Assembly: GCA_973895155.1 (NCBI GenBank)
Contig: OZ316896.1
Span: 23,580,600-23,644,599, forward strand
DNA from: Marsupella aquatica
Lineage: Eukaryota > Plantae > Marchantiophyta
Direction: 5' to 3'
DNA: 64,000 nt
Shown here: positions 24,610 to 36,100 of the stretch, one piece after another
How positions within the stretch are numbered: the stretch's first letter is position 1
Layout of the letters: each line of letters opens with the position of its first letter
The notes under the pieces: model-generated
What the model was told of the DNA's origin: nothing
The model's input: the letters and a program-made list of their open reading frames with translations, nothing else
Database searches by the model: none
Made by a program: the position numbers and the translations under genes

Positions 24610-27600
24610 TGTGATGCCTAGACAGGAATCACTCGGCCGGTTAAGTGGGTAAAGCAGGAAGGCACCCTAGGAACACCTTAGTATAGGGACAAAACAAGGA
24701 AAATATAAACAATTAGGGGCAACCATGGAACCCGGGCCGAGGCCGGAGGTAAGACTGAGGGTGAAAACCTGATTAGGGTTAGGGCGCGTTAAGCGTCGGC
24801 GGCTAGGAAGGATCAACGGGAAGAAGGACCGGCAGAGGAGAGGGGTAAGGAGCGCTTGCAGGAGATGGTGGCTCATTTGCGAGCACGAACTAGGCAGACG
24901 ACTACGGGAGGCCAACTACTGTCAGCTGCTTAGGCAAGCACTCGGGGAGAGAGTAGATACCGACGATCGACCTAAGGAGGGTATGAGCAACGTCAATCAA
25001 GCGGCACATTTCTGGGGATGCCTGTTCGAACGGGCAACTGAGTACATCAAGACTTACGAGGATGAGGAATCAGAAAGGGCAGCTCGAGAACGGCAGGAGC
25101 TCGCTCGATTGTGGGAGCTGCAGAAGACGGCTTTCTTAGGAGGCAAACTCATCAAGGACGAGTTCCTGTGGACGCCTACTTCCAATCAACTCGACGATCT
25201 TCTGTTTTGCAAAGACAGCGTCGTCGGCATCCGAGAGGCCATCAAGAACTGCAACGACATACACTGGGAATTAAAGGGAAGCACGGAAAGGTGGACCCAG
25301 GCAACGGTGCTAGGAGAAACCTCCACGGCAGCAGAGATGAAGAGGAAGGGAGCCGTCAACGATGAAGCCACCCCGGCAAAAAGAACAAGGTCGGCGGCAC
25401 CAAAGAAGCCAGCCGAGCAACAGAGCAGGAGGCAGGGAGAAGCCGCAGAGGAGGAGGTCGATCCCATCAAGGCCATTCCAACCAGGGATGACACCTGGAA
25501 GGGCTGGGCGGCAACCCTACCGGTGGAGGTGCAACTACATTTTGCACGGGAGGAGGATGCATGCTTTACGGCCAGGCAGACCAAGAAGTACCAAGGCTTC
25601 ATGGCCGGATCCGGCTTAGAGGCCTTTGTAAGATTACCATGGCTGAAGCCGGAGGTACCGGAGTCAGACCTATTAGAATTCGTGGGGTCATGGGAACCCG
25701 AGACCAATTGCACGAGGATATATGGGAAGGATTTCTATCTTACTCCCAAGGTAATTGCCGAAGTGTTTGGCTTGCCGATAGGCAATAAGACCAAAATTGA
25801 TACCAGGAAGACCTTGCCTGACAAGGAGTTCCGGTCGTTCCCCGGGCCATCAACGAAGAATGGCTTCTTCCGGAACACCTGCACCAACCCGCACATAGGA
25901 GAGATGATCGACTTCTTGCGGGTGACCATGCATTGTAACTTGCCGAGGGCAGAGATCGGCAAGGCACAGGTCTATCTGGCAGAAAGGCCAGACCCAAGCC
26001 GGGACTACAACGGGTACCTCCTCAACCAATTGAAGAAGATCTTAAAGGAGGAGCAGCAGGTAATCGGCATGGGGAGCGTGTCGCGGCTTGGCTATCACAT
26101 GCCGCTGTTGTGCCGGTATGCCAGAGGTCAGACTTTTGCCCCGGTACTTCCCCTGCAGGTAAGGGCACCCGAGGAAGCTCCAACGCCGAGGCCGTTGGCT
26201 GAGAAGCCTCAACCACCTGTTAGTCCTACGATCGAGCAGGTGTTTAGGCCCAGGAAGGAGGACTTGCCGATGCAGCAACCAGGCATGCAGAGTCTGCTGA
26301 AACTACTGGAGAAAGAAAAGAAATCGGCATCGGCAACAACAACGGCAACGACAACAATGCAGGACACTACTACAGAGGTAGGCCTACACCGGCTCACAAG
26401 AGAAAACCCCTTTGCTGGAGACAAGGAGAGAATCAGGCCGGAATCCAAGCCAGGTGTTCGAATGTACGTGGGAACCTCAAGCTCCGAATCTGAGGCAGAA
26501 TTGCCTGAAGCTCCTACCGACGAAGAGGAGAGGGAGAAGCCGGACGTCCAAGAGGTAGAGGAGGCAGTGGAGGACTGCAGCCATGATAATTCCGGCTATG
26601 GGTCGGACCATCACGTTCCAGGAGTAAGGACCTGTGGCCGGTTTGTCCCCACACTTCCAAGGGTAGTGCGAGGGGACCCCAACCAACAGAGTAGCCCTGA
26701 GTCTCCCCCACCAGATGTTGCTCCCCCGAGCTTCGACGGCATAAAACAGACGGTGCAGGAATTTCAGGAGCGAATCAAGTAGGAGGAGGAGGCCGCCCTG
26801 GCTAAGGAAAAGGATTTACCAGGAGGAGATTGGCCGGAGGACATCAGGCGGCTAGCCAAAAAAGGAAGCAAACCTCTAGCCACGATTGAAGAGATCCGCA
26901 GGACGGCTTGGGAGCAGAGGCCGCGATGGGCGATGCCGATCACTTCTACTTACTCCACCTACGCTAAGAATAGAGCCATGGAGTATGGTGAGATGTGTGG
27001 GGAACTGGCGCTCGGCATCTTTGGAGAGGAGTTGGAGGTAGGACCCTTTTTCCATAGGGAGCAGTTGGAGAAGCACCAATTAGAAGAAGCGGTGGCTTTA
27101 GAGAGAAGCAAGAAGGACGAGGTCATTCGGCGGCTTAGGAGGATGGAAGCCGAGATTGAAGATCTAAGGGCGGCCAAGAAAGCCCAAGATGAACTGCGGA
27201 TTAAACGACATGAGCTGAACATCATGCAGGGGCAGTTGGACACCGCGCAGGCTGATAATCAGAATATCAAGGATAAACTGACTCAGACGCAGGAAGAGTT
27301 GGCCGACACGATCAAAGAGAGGGAGAAGTGGAAGCAAGAGCTGAAGAATACAGAGGAGGCCCACATAACAGCCAACAGCCGGGCCATGGCGGAGACCCAA
27401 AGAAAGGAATGGGCGTTGAAAGGGGAGCTCGAGAAAATCCGCGGAGCCCTTGAGCAGAAGGAGGCCGAGTTAGGGAAATCCTATCAAGGGATTATGGCGC
27501 TGCAGCAGGAGCTTGCGTCCCTGACGGCCAGCTTCAAGGCCGACCTAAGGGAGAAGGACGAGATGCTCGAACAGACTTACGCCAAGATGAACCAGATGGA

Positions 27601-29278
27601 GTCTGTCATCATTGCAGAGCTCGACAAGGAGCTAAAAGCAACCCAGGAGGAGAGGACTACCTTGAAACAAGAACGGGAGGAAGCCCAGAAGGAACTAGAG
27701 GAGGCACGCAAGGACCTGGATGAGACCCAGGAGGAGTTGGAGGAAATCACGAGGAAGATGGAGAACCTCCAGCGGCGGGCCGACAACCAAACGGAGCGGC
27801 TGAAGAAACAAGCCGCAGTATTTAAGTGCTTGTCTTCATCAGGCCCAACTCCAATTGGGGCAACCAAGTTACCAGGAGTGGTACTGGCCGAAGAAAAAGC
27901 CGCGCCAACTGCACCAGTGCCGGAGGTAAGTGGGAAGGGGAAGGGACCAACTGCCGAACCAGAAAAGAAGAAAAAACGGAAACCTTCAGGGTCAAGGAGT
28001 AATCCGACTCCACAAGCCGTGGTGACCAAAGAGGTAGAACCAGCACCATCCTCCAACATGAATATGGCAATAGATCCCGCTATGATCACAGGTAGGGGTG
28101 GTGCGGCCCAAGCCGAACTACTCAGTAAGGAGGCCGGTATTCCAGATCCGCCTCTTGAGCAGGCCGGGGAGACCGTAGCCGAGGCTGAGGCCGTAACCAA
28201 TTCTCGAGCCGATGCCGACGCCGATGGTGGACCCAGTCAGGCCGATGGAGAGTTGACTCAGTCAAGGGCAGGTAATCTGTCAGGGAATGAGCCTACGGCA
28301 GTGGCTGAGGAGGAAGCATTGGGGGCGTCCATTAAGGATCCACCACCGGTGTCGTGACGGTGCAAGGGCGCCGTTCCTTTTAGGGAGGGCGGACGTGGAG
28401 GGAGGAGGCGTGAGTGGGCAGGGCGGGTGCGGATCTCCACGTTTAGGATTAGGATCAGAACCAGGAGCGGCCCTGACACTTAGCTTAGTGGGATTGCGGT
28501 CCCACTGGTAGGAGCAACACTTGTGCTCCTGCCTTGCTGTACATAGGTAGATTCGGGCAGATAGATTACTGTTAAGTAGATTAGGCTTACGATGCAAAGA
28601 ATGGCGGATCCACTACCAGGATAAGTACCTGGGCAGCGGGGAGCTCAGGGCCTCTTCTTTAGCAAGTTTTTAGTTTGCACCAGCCGGGTTGGGATCAAGT
28701 AGTACGAGAAGCTCTCGGTTAGTCATACAGTGACCCTTGTGTATATTCATGTTTCCTCATGCCTAAGAGCTGAATAGAGTTGGCCTCACGGCTTAGTTCG
28801 CAGAACTTGTGTATGAGATGTACTGTTTGTATGGCAAGTGCATGGTATGACTCAGTCAGAATGAGTCATTTTGCTATTTGTGTGTCGCATTAACTTGTGT
28901 GAAGAGTGCCCACATCAACAGAAGGAAGGAAAGTAAGCAGGGGAGTGAGAGTTGGATGTGTCGAGCTGAGAGAGGTCTTAGCGGCTTAACCAAGCCTATT
29001 GGGGATCATTCCGGCGGTGGAATCCAAACATACCTAACAAGACGGAGGGGAAGACAGGGGAAGACAGGGGAAGGCCTATATTAGGCCGGCTACGTATCTC
29101 ATGACCCGATGAAGGATCTGTCCAGTATATGTGTGTAAAATGTTAATAGTAGTAGTAGAAGGTTAGCAGCGTCCCATGTCGCTAAGCCGCGGAAACGGCC
29201 TCGCCAAGCACGAAACCTGCGGGAATCGGCTTGAGCTGGGGGGTTTCTTGGGTTTAGGGAGCCATGGGACGCACCACA
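24610..29278 (+). repeat. Full-length 4,669-bp 5' LTR of copy B
   Basis: TGTGATGCCTAGACAGG at 24610 to GGGACGCACCACA at 29278, then TTTT and the PBS. Both termini match copy A. Confidence 0.93.
24725..28357 (+). pseudogene. LTR-internal ORF (~1,124 aa from ATG 24983; ~1,210 aa from ATG 24725): Athila/Tat accessory-type domain plus long coiled coil
   Basis: ORFs 24983-26782 and 26933-28357 are in one frame, separated by one TAG that is CAG in copy A. Motif DLLEFVGSW...IYGKDFYLTPKVIAEVFGLP. E/K/Q-rich heptads at ~27050-27800. Confidence 0.85.
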
Positions 29279-29282
29279 TTTT

Positions 29283-29301
29283 TGGCGCTAGATGGAGGGG
29301 G
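29283..29301 (+). promoter_or_regulatory. Primer-binding site, probably tRNA-Asn (copy B)
   Basis: TGGCGCTAGATGGAGGGGG after the LTR end. Confidence 0.8.
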
Positions 29302-29347
29302 CATTTCTTAAGCCGTGAGATATGAAGTTAGAACGGAAGCGTAGGTA

Positions 29348-30795
29348 ATGACTGACCTTACGCCGAGGGAAGAAAGAGTGATTCAACGGGAGAGAGCTCG
29401 ACTGCAGCAGCTCGCCGGGTGGCATGATACACAGCGACTGAGAGGGGCAGAAAGAGCTGGTAGCTCCGAAACTGGAAGTGGCGTCGAAGAAGACATACCA
29501 GAAGAAGAGTCGGTAAGGAGAAGTGAGTCTCCAACCGACATGGGGGAACCAGAGGCACGGCCAGACGAGAGGCCAGGGACCAGATTGAGCCAGCGGTCGC
29601 GCATACATTACAAGGCATTTCATGGGAGAGGAGATGAGGATCCGGACGAATGGTTGGATGATTTCGAGGGAACCACTGCAGCAAATGGAGAATCGGCCAT
29701 CAAGATGCAGATTCTTCCCGGCCTGTTCAAGGGTGAGGCTAGGCCTTGGTACAGAGCATTAGATGTGGAAGATCAAGCCATCTGGGATATCTTCAAAACA
29801 CTCTTTGTTAAGGAGTTTCGACCCATTGGAACTTCAGAACTAGCAGTGCTGAAGTTGGGACAACTTCGGTTCAAGGAGAACAAATCCTTCAGGAAGTTCT
29901 TGCAACGCTTTCAGAAACTGGTAAGACGTACAAAGACCAATGCATCTGAAGGTATGCAACTTCAATGGTTGGTGAATGCTTTGCCACAAAAGATGAGTTT
30001 TGCAATTAGGAAGGAGAACCCGGAGACTTTAGCTGAAGCAATTAAGGATATTCAATTATACATTAATGCAGATATCACAAGCCGGAAGAAACAGCTTAAG
30101 TCTGAGAGTTCCTCATCAGAGGAGGGATCACCCCATAAGAAAAAAGATAAGAAGAAGAAACATTCTAAGAAGTCTAGAAGTGATAAGTCAAGCTCGGATA
30201 GTGGGAGTAGCAAGAGTGAGTCATCTTCTAGTTCTGAAGAAGAAAAAACTAGGAAAAGGAAGGGCAGAAGGAGAGGGAAGACGAAAGTCAAGATGGAGGC
30301 TAAGCCACCAGATAACATCGTAGCCCTTACCGAGCAACTTAAGGCTATCATTGCAGAGGTAAAACCAAAGAAGAAGGTAGTACAGGAGGATAGCTCTGTA
30401 TGGTGTGCCTTATGTTATAAAACCGGACACCATAAAGATGCGTGCCCTAAGCTTAATACTAATCATGTTCGGCATGTGGCCGAGATCAGACCATGTCAGG
30501 AGAAGTAGAGTACTTTTTAGGAGATGCCGCTGATAGTGTTTTCGGCATCAGTGAGACTGGAGCACGAGACCTATCCAACAGACCTGCATCTCTGTGGTCA
30601 GGGTTAAGGAACAATCCAGGAGAGATGTATCCTCGGATTATTCAGAACCCGTCAGTACCTCCTAGGCCGAATGTGCAAAGATTTGCGGCGTGCTATAATT
30701 GTGGTCAACCTGGCCATTTTGCTAGAGAATGCCCGAATGCACGCAAACAGGGTGATGGACAACCAGCTCAGCTATGTATGGGATGCCGACAGGAC
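29348..30795 (+). pseudogene. Truncated gag of copy B
   Basis: Near-identical to 12661-11217. A 1-bp deletion near 30500 shifts the frame, and the sequence ends within the third zinc knuckle. Confidence 0.9.
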
Positions 30796-31694
30796 TCAGT
30801 TGATTATAGTAACAAAACATACGACTCACAGTCCTATGAAGGACTGCAGTCCTTCCCAGTCGTTTCCGAGTCCTGTACGGTACTACATAGTCATTTAATG
30901 GGGTCTAAATACCCCCAGTTTCTACTAGTGATTGCGGATCCGTTGGTAAGAGCAACACTTGTGCTCTTGCCCCACTGTACATAGGCAGATTACAATTATA
31001 ATAGATTAGGCTTACGTTGCAATGAATTGGTAGGTGAGTTGCCAGGATAAATACCTGTGCAACGGAGAATTCAAGCCTTTTTTCTTAAGCAAGTTTTTAG
31101 TGCACTGACAGCAAGACTGAGATCATTTAGTAAAAGAAGCTCTCGGTTAGTTATAGAGTGAATGTTGTGTATATTCATGTTTCCTCATACCCATGAGCTG
31201 AATAGAGTTGGCCGCCTTCCGGCTTAGTTCGCAGATCTTGTGTATGAGAAGTATTGTTTGTATGAGAGTTGCACCAAGTATAACTTAGTCAGTAAAAGTC
31301 ATTTTTCTATTTGTGTCGCATCAACTTGTATGAAGATTGCCCACACCAACTACAGGAGAGAAGGGGAGTAAGAAAAGTCATAAGAAGCAGTGAGAGTTGA
31401 ATGTGTCGAGCTGAGAGAGGTCTTAGCGGCTACCCAAGCCAATTGGGCATCATTTTGGGGCGAAATCCAAACATACCTGAAGGAAGACCGAAAGGAGAGG
31501 ATAAGGAGAGGCATAGAGTAAGTTGACAACATACCTCATGACCCGATGAAGGATCTGTCCAATATATGTGGGTAAGGAATTAGCAGCGTCTCATGCCGAT
31601 GAGCCACGGAACCGAACTTGGCAAGACCAAAACCGGTAGGAATCGGCTTGTTCTGGGAGGTTCTTGGGTCCAAAGGGCCATGGGACGCACCACA
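30782..31694 (+). repeat. Diverged short LTR of a related family (no long ORF, no PBS after it)
   Basis: ~30920-31694 is colinear with ~28480-29278 (GAGCAACACTTGTGCTC, GAGCTGAATAGAGTTGGCC, CTCATGACCCGATGAAGGATCTGTCC) and ends in the same GCCATGGGACGCACCACA. Confidence 0.8.
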
Positions 31695-31929
31695 AGAGCC
31701 CTTGGCCCTAGTCCGTGCCAACAACACAGATTCAAATCCCTTGGCCAGGCTGGCTAGGGGGCGATGGCCTATTACCTTTTCATGCAAATCCATATAATAA
31801 AGCATGACCAGAAGCTAGGATAAAGACCTCTGCTTGAGAGTGAAGCCTCTAGACTGGGGCACAACTACAGTTGGGGGTGAAATAGAAAACAATGGGCATC
31901 ACAACGCTCATCTATTTATGAGCAAACCT

Positions 31930-32122
31930 TGGGCATTCATCCTACCCAAAAATGTTTTTTACAAGTATCTCAGCATGGGCATTCATACTACCTAAGAACG
32001 TTTTCTTGCAAGTATCTCAGCTTGGGCAGTGATACTACCTAAGAACGTTTGTTTACAAGTATCTCAGCTTGGGCATTCATACTACCTAAGAACGTTTTTT
32101 TACAAGTATCTGTTGGGCATTC
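31930..32122. repeat. Minisatellite, ~4 copies of a 46-47-bp unit
   Basis: Unit TGGGCATTCATACTACCTAAGAACGTTTT(C/T)TT(A/G)CAAGTATCTCAGCT starts at 31930, 31976, 32023 and 32070, with a partial copy at 32114. Confidence 0.85.
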
Positions 32123-33120
32123 TCAGGCTAGTACAAAGCAAAATTCTCGGATTTACACTCCTCACGTATAGGATAATGACGGCTTGGTCTTGGGTTACTG
32201 GTCTGTAACCCTGTGACCAGAAAGTGAGGAAATACTGACCGGCGGCAGCCGGGAAGTTTTTCTGAGCTTTGTGGGAACAGGTTTCAGACAGAAACCCCAG
32301 CCCAAGCTGTCATTATCATACGTAATACCTGTTCGGCAGAGGATTATGGAAATAGTGGCACCTAGTAGAAAAGGTTACACACCGGTAACCTTGCTTCCTG
32401 ACAAGAATTACGTCATGCTCCCTAGTGCTGTCCTCGCCGCCCACAAGGTTTGAAGCACAACGAAGCCTGATTATTATTTTGGAGGACGGTGTGTCTACAA
32501 TAGTAGTAATAGTAATATGGCGGAGTGAAAGAATGAATGAGCGCGAGACGGGGCTGAAAGTTTTACAGTACTCAGTGCGACAGAGCACATTGGAGAGACT
32601 AAAGAGATTGGAGAGGAGCCGGAACGGCATGGCGTGATGCGAGGGAACTACTAGGGAAGGTAGGAGAAGAGAAGAAGGGCAGGGTACGCACGGCACAGGC
32701 GAGCATCGGTCGATCGATCTTCCTCTCCTGTCAGTGAGTCTCGTCCATAGTCCGCAGACCAAGCGTAGCCGTCGACCCCAACCCCATTTTGTTGTGACAG
32801 CATTTCGTCTCGGCAACGCCGACTCGGCTCCGCTCCGGCAGAACTTCTTTATCTCAGGAACTGTGGGGCGACCTGTGACATTAGAGGAAGCGAGCATCTG
32901 GTCAGGACGGCATTGTTTGCCTGGGGGGGGACAAGCATCGGACGCTGAGGACACGCGACGGAAAACGCGAGGAGGAATCCGAGGAGTTGCGGCGGGAGGT
33001 GTTGGCCGAATTGTGGTCGATCGAGTCATTTGCTGGACTGAGCTGGCCCTGGGCGACGAGCTAGCTCCTTCTTCTTCATCGGTCGCAGCTGATTCTCCCG
33101 AAACACCCTTTCCCTAGGAG

Positions 33121-36100
33121 ATGGGTGAGGGTTTGGTCTGTTCCTCCTTTTTTTCGGCTTCTTCTAATCTTCCTCTTACTTTTTCTCCTTCGTTGTCTCT
33201 TCCTTCTTGTTTGCCCATTGAATTCCCTTTTGATCTCCCTGTGTATTGTTTGACAGTCTGCACTAGCTATCTGTCTGCGTGCCTCGTCGCCCTAGAGAGA
33301 TAGACGGCTCTAGGGTTTTGGTCATGAGGATCCTTAAATGTCTAGGTTGGGTCCATGTGTGTGCTACACCCTAGCCTGCCTATCATGATTACAATTCCAC
33401 ATGCATCGGTGTGGCTTTTATGTACTCGTTATGCATTTAAAGTTTGAATTCGATTTGGTGAGGTATTAGACCTTGCTATGCCCTTGAGTGCTGTTGATGA
33501 ATAGATCGTTCAGAGTTCATATCAGGAGATGATTGAACTGCACACGACCGCAATTGTTCACTTCATCTAGCATTAGGGCTATTCTCAGCTGATTTTATTG
33601 ATCTGCCCATAGTCGGAAATTGAAGGGACAAGCTGAACTTTTCTTGCAGCGTTCATCCCGGGAGTCCGACAGGGAGAGAGAAAGGAGTAAAGAGAAAGAT
33701 AGCGACAGAGATCGAGAACGTCGCTACAGAGATGACAGGGATCCACGTGAAAGGGGTGACCGCGACCGTGATTACTACAAAGGTCATGACAGGGACAGGT
33801 CTGTGCTGATATGCATTTTTCAGTCATTATGCTGACTGCTGGCATTCAAATCCTCGTTTGCGTTTCAGGGTTTTGATATTTTCTTTGAGCAATGTCCATA
33901 TATGCACTTCAAGACACGCTTTGCTCGTTGACATCCAGAATTTCGCGCTGCTCTTGTTGCTTTCATGTCAGATGGCTTACCATTGCTGTAGGTGTTGGTT
34001 AACCGCAGCTGGTTCTTTTCTTGGGCAGAATGAAAAGTTTGCAGAGGGATAGTTCTATCTAGTAGTTGTCTTTTCTTAGTTGTCTCTTGTGTATCGGTTG
34101 TCTTACTCGGAATACTGAAGATAGTGATGGTCGACCCTCCTTCATTCACACAGGGTTCACAGTGTGCAAGACTCTTTGTTGCATGGTAGGCGATTAGCGG
34201 TATCGATATTTGTGGTTGGCTTAGGGTTGTGACTGCGTTCGTGTATGGTCAATAACGAGGTGGTGGTCTGGTTTTCCACTTGTGCAGAAGAAGTCGTGAT
34301 TACGATAGGGATCGCGACAGACGACACAGGCACAGGTCTCGCTCTCGATCACGTGGCCGATCGAGAGAATATTCGAAGTCACGATCTCGTTCTCCCTCCC
34401 GCGACCGCCGAAGGTATGACTTGACTTTAGTCAGTTGGTTAGCAGCGAAGTATGGAAAAAGAATAGTTCGGGGATGCAGCAAAGCTCATTGTCGATGATG
34501 TCTTCGTCGTCCTTTACACTTGTAGCCTGACGTCTAAGAGCCGTTTCGCTAACGTGACGATGTGCTTGGAAAGTAAGCCTGATGAGTTTTCTCCTTGTGC
34601 CAATAGCAAGCGAACCAGTGGATTCGACATGGCACCACCGGGTGCCACAGTTGTGCCAGGAGCTGGTATGCCAGGTTGGTCATCATTTGTCCCTCCACTC
34701 CCTTTGGAAGTACGATGCTTATGATATTTTCATTATGTCCCAAATACTTTTCTTGAACTACAAGTTTGCTCATAAATTAGTAAATAAACACTCGTGAGGA
34801 GTGGAGTGGGATTAAACCACATGTTAAAGGTATCATTTGGAAAATTCAGTTCGTTTTTGTAATGCTATCCTTGAAAGATAATGTGATGGTGCATTTAGTC
34901 TCAAGTCAAGCACTGAAGAGACTTTTCGCTTGTTTGCTTGTCGGTTTTGGATTGTCTTTGTTTGTGTTGTCTTTCATATGTCTTGGGGTGCGGAAGTCAT
35001 GGCGAGCCATAAAATTCCTGCTTCTCGAGCGTGCCTCCAAGGGCTTGTATGTGCAACAGTGGTTGGATAAATGATCATCGTCACCGAGCAAATCTTGCTG
35101 TCTTGGTAGCCTTGCCCATTGATTTCTACTTGCAAAATCTGAAGCCTTGATTCCAAGAAGTGTGGTGTGTCTAAATCATGACCAACAGCACTGTGCTATT
35201 TGGCGGTAGCTCTTTGACTATATGTTCTTTCGGGGAGTTAAGTAGTGAAATGTAATGCATGAAACCCCTTATTGGACTTTCAGTACGTCGTAAGTCCTAG
35301 AACACTAGCATGTTACTTTAACAATGTTGATATTCAGTCAGTCTTGAACAACTGGTGCCAAGATGTCTTGCTGCTCGTAGGTTGAAATTTGAACACCAAT
35401 AGGTCGGGCACATTACCTTACGCTCATGTCTCTTTTAATTATTGCAGGTCAGATACCAGGGATGTCACAAGCTATGCCGGGTGTATTTCCTTCGATGTTT
35501 CCATTTGGCGGAACTCAGGTAAGCCTGTTCTATTTGCTGACCATGTGAGGCAATCACATGTATGAGTCTTATGCGAGGAGAGGTCATGGACGTCTTCTGT
35601 TTTCTTTGATATTGACTAGTTAATATGAAACGATTTTTTGTGATCCAACTCGTGTGTTTCTCTTTGTAGTTTGGAGGTCTTCCAGCAATGCCTGCCCAAG
35701 CTATGACGCAACAGGTAAATTATCTCTTCACGCCTAAGACATTTCAGGATCCAACTTACCTCTGTTCCATCGAAGCAACTGACGCGTCGCATGAGTCGTG
35801 AAAGGTTCCCTTGTTTCCTAGTGCTGCACGGCTTCTTTTACACGTGTACTAGATTAGTCGATGTGCTCTATACCATGATTGTCTGGTTGATTTCTCAAAG
35901 GTCTGGACTTCCTTCTACATTGCATGCTTGTGATTGTGCTTTTTAAAATTCTGAGCTGAGGTTGTTGGATGTAGGCTACGAGACATGCTCGTCGTGTTTA
36001 CGTTGGCGGTCTTCCACCTATGGCAAATGAGCAGGTAAGTTCCGATGTCGTTATCATGGTTCGCATCGCAATTCTCGTCATGGATGTGGTAGGATGTTTT

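Noticed and set aside
24610-28357. Giant inverted repeat read as TIRs of a Polinton or other DNA transposon, or as DIRS-type inverted LTRs
   Set aside because: Each repeat is followed by a PBS and gag, and the element has a DDE integrase and PPT, so these are ordinary direct LTRs of two separate insertions.
24983-28357. LTR ORF as a retroviral envelope protein
   Set aside because: No signal peptide or transmembrane segment is visible; the protein is hydrophilic and coiled-coil.
24603-31699. TSD around copy B (flanks CAGAGTG and AGAGC)
   Set aside because: Only an offset AGAG match. With the LTR start fixed at 24610 the 5-mers are GAGTG vs AGAGC, and the right LTR belongs to a different subfamily.
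31930-32122. Regularly spaced repeats resembling a CRISPR array
   Set aside because: Units are contiguous with no unique spacers, there are no cas genes, and the context is eukaryotic; it is a minisatellite.
32316-33117. 237-aa and 127-aa ORFs upstream of U2AF65
   Set aside because: GC-rich promoter/5' UTR region with no recognisable motifs; probably chance ORFs.
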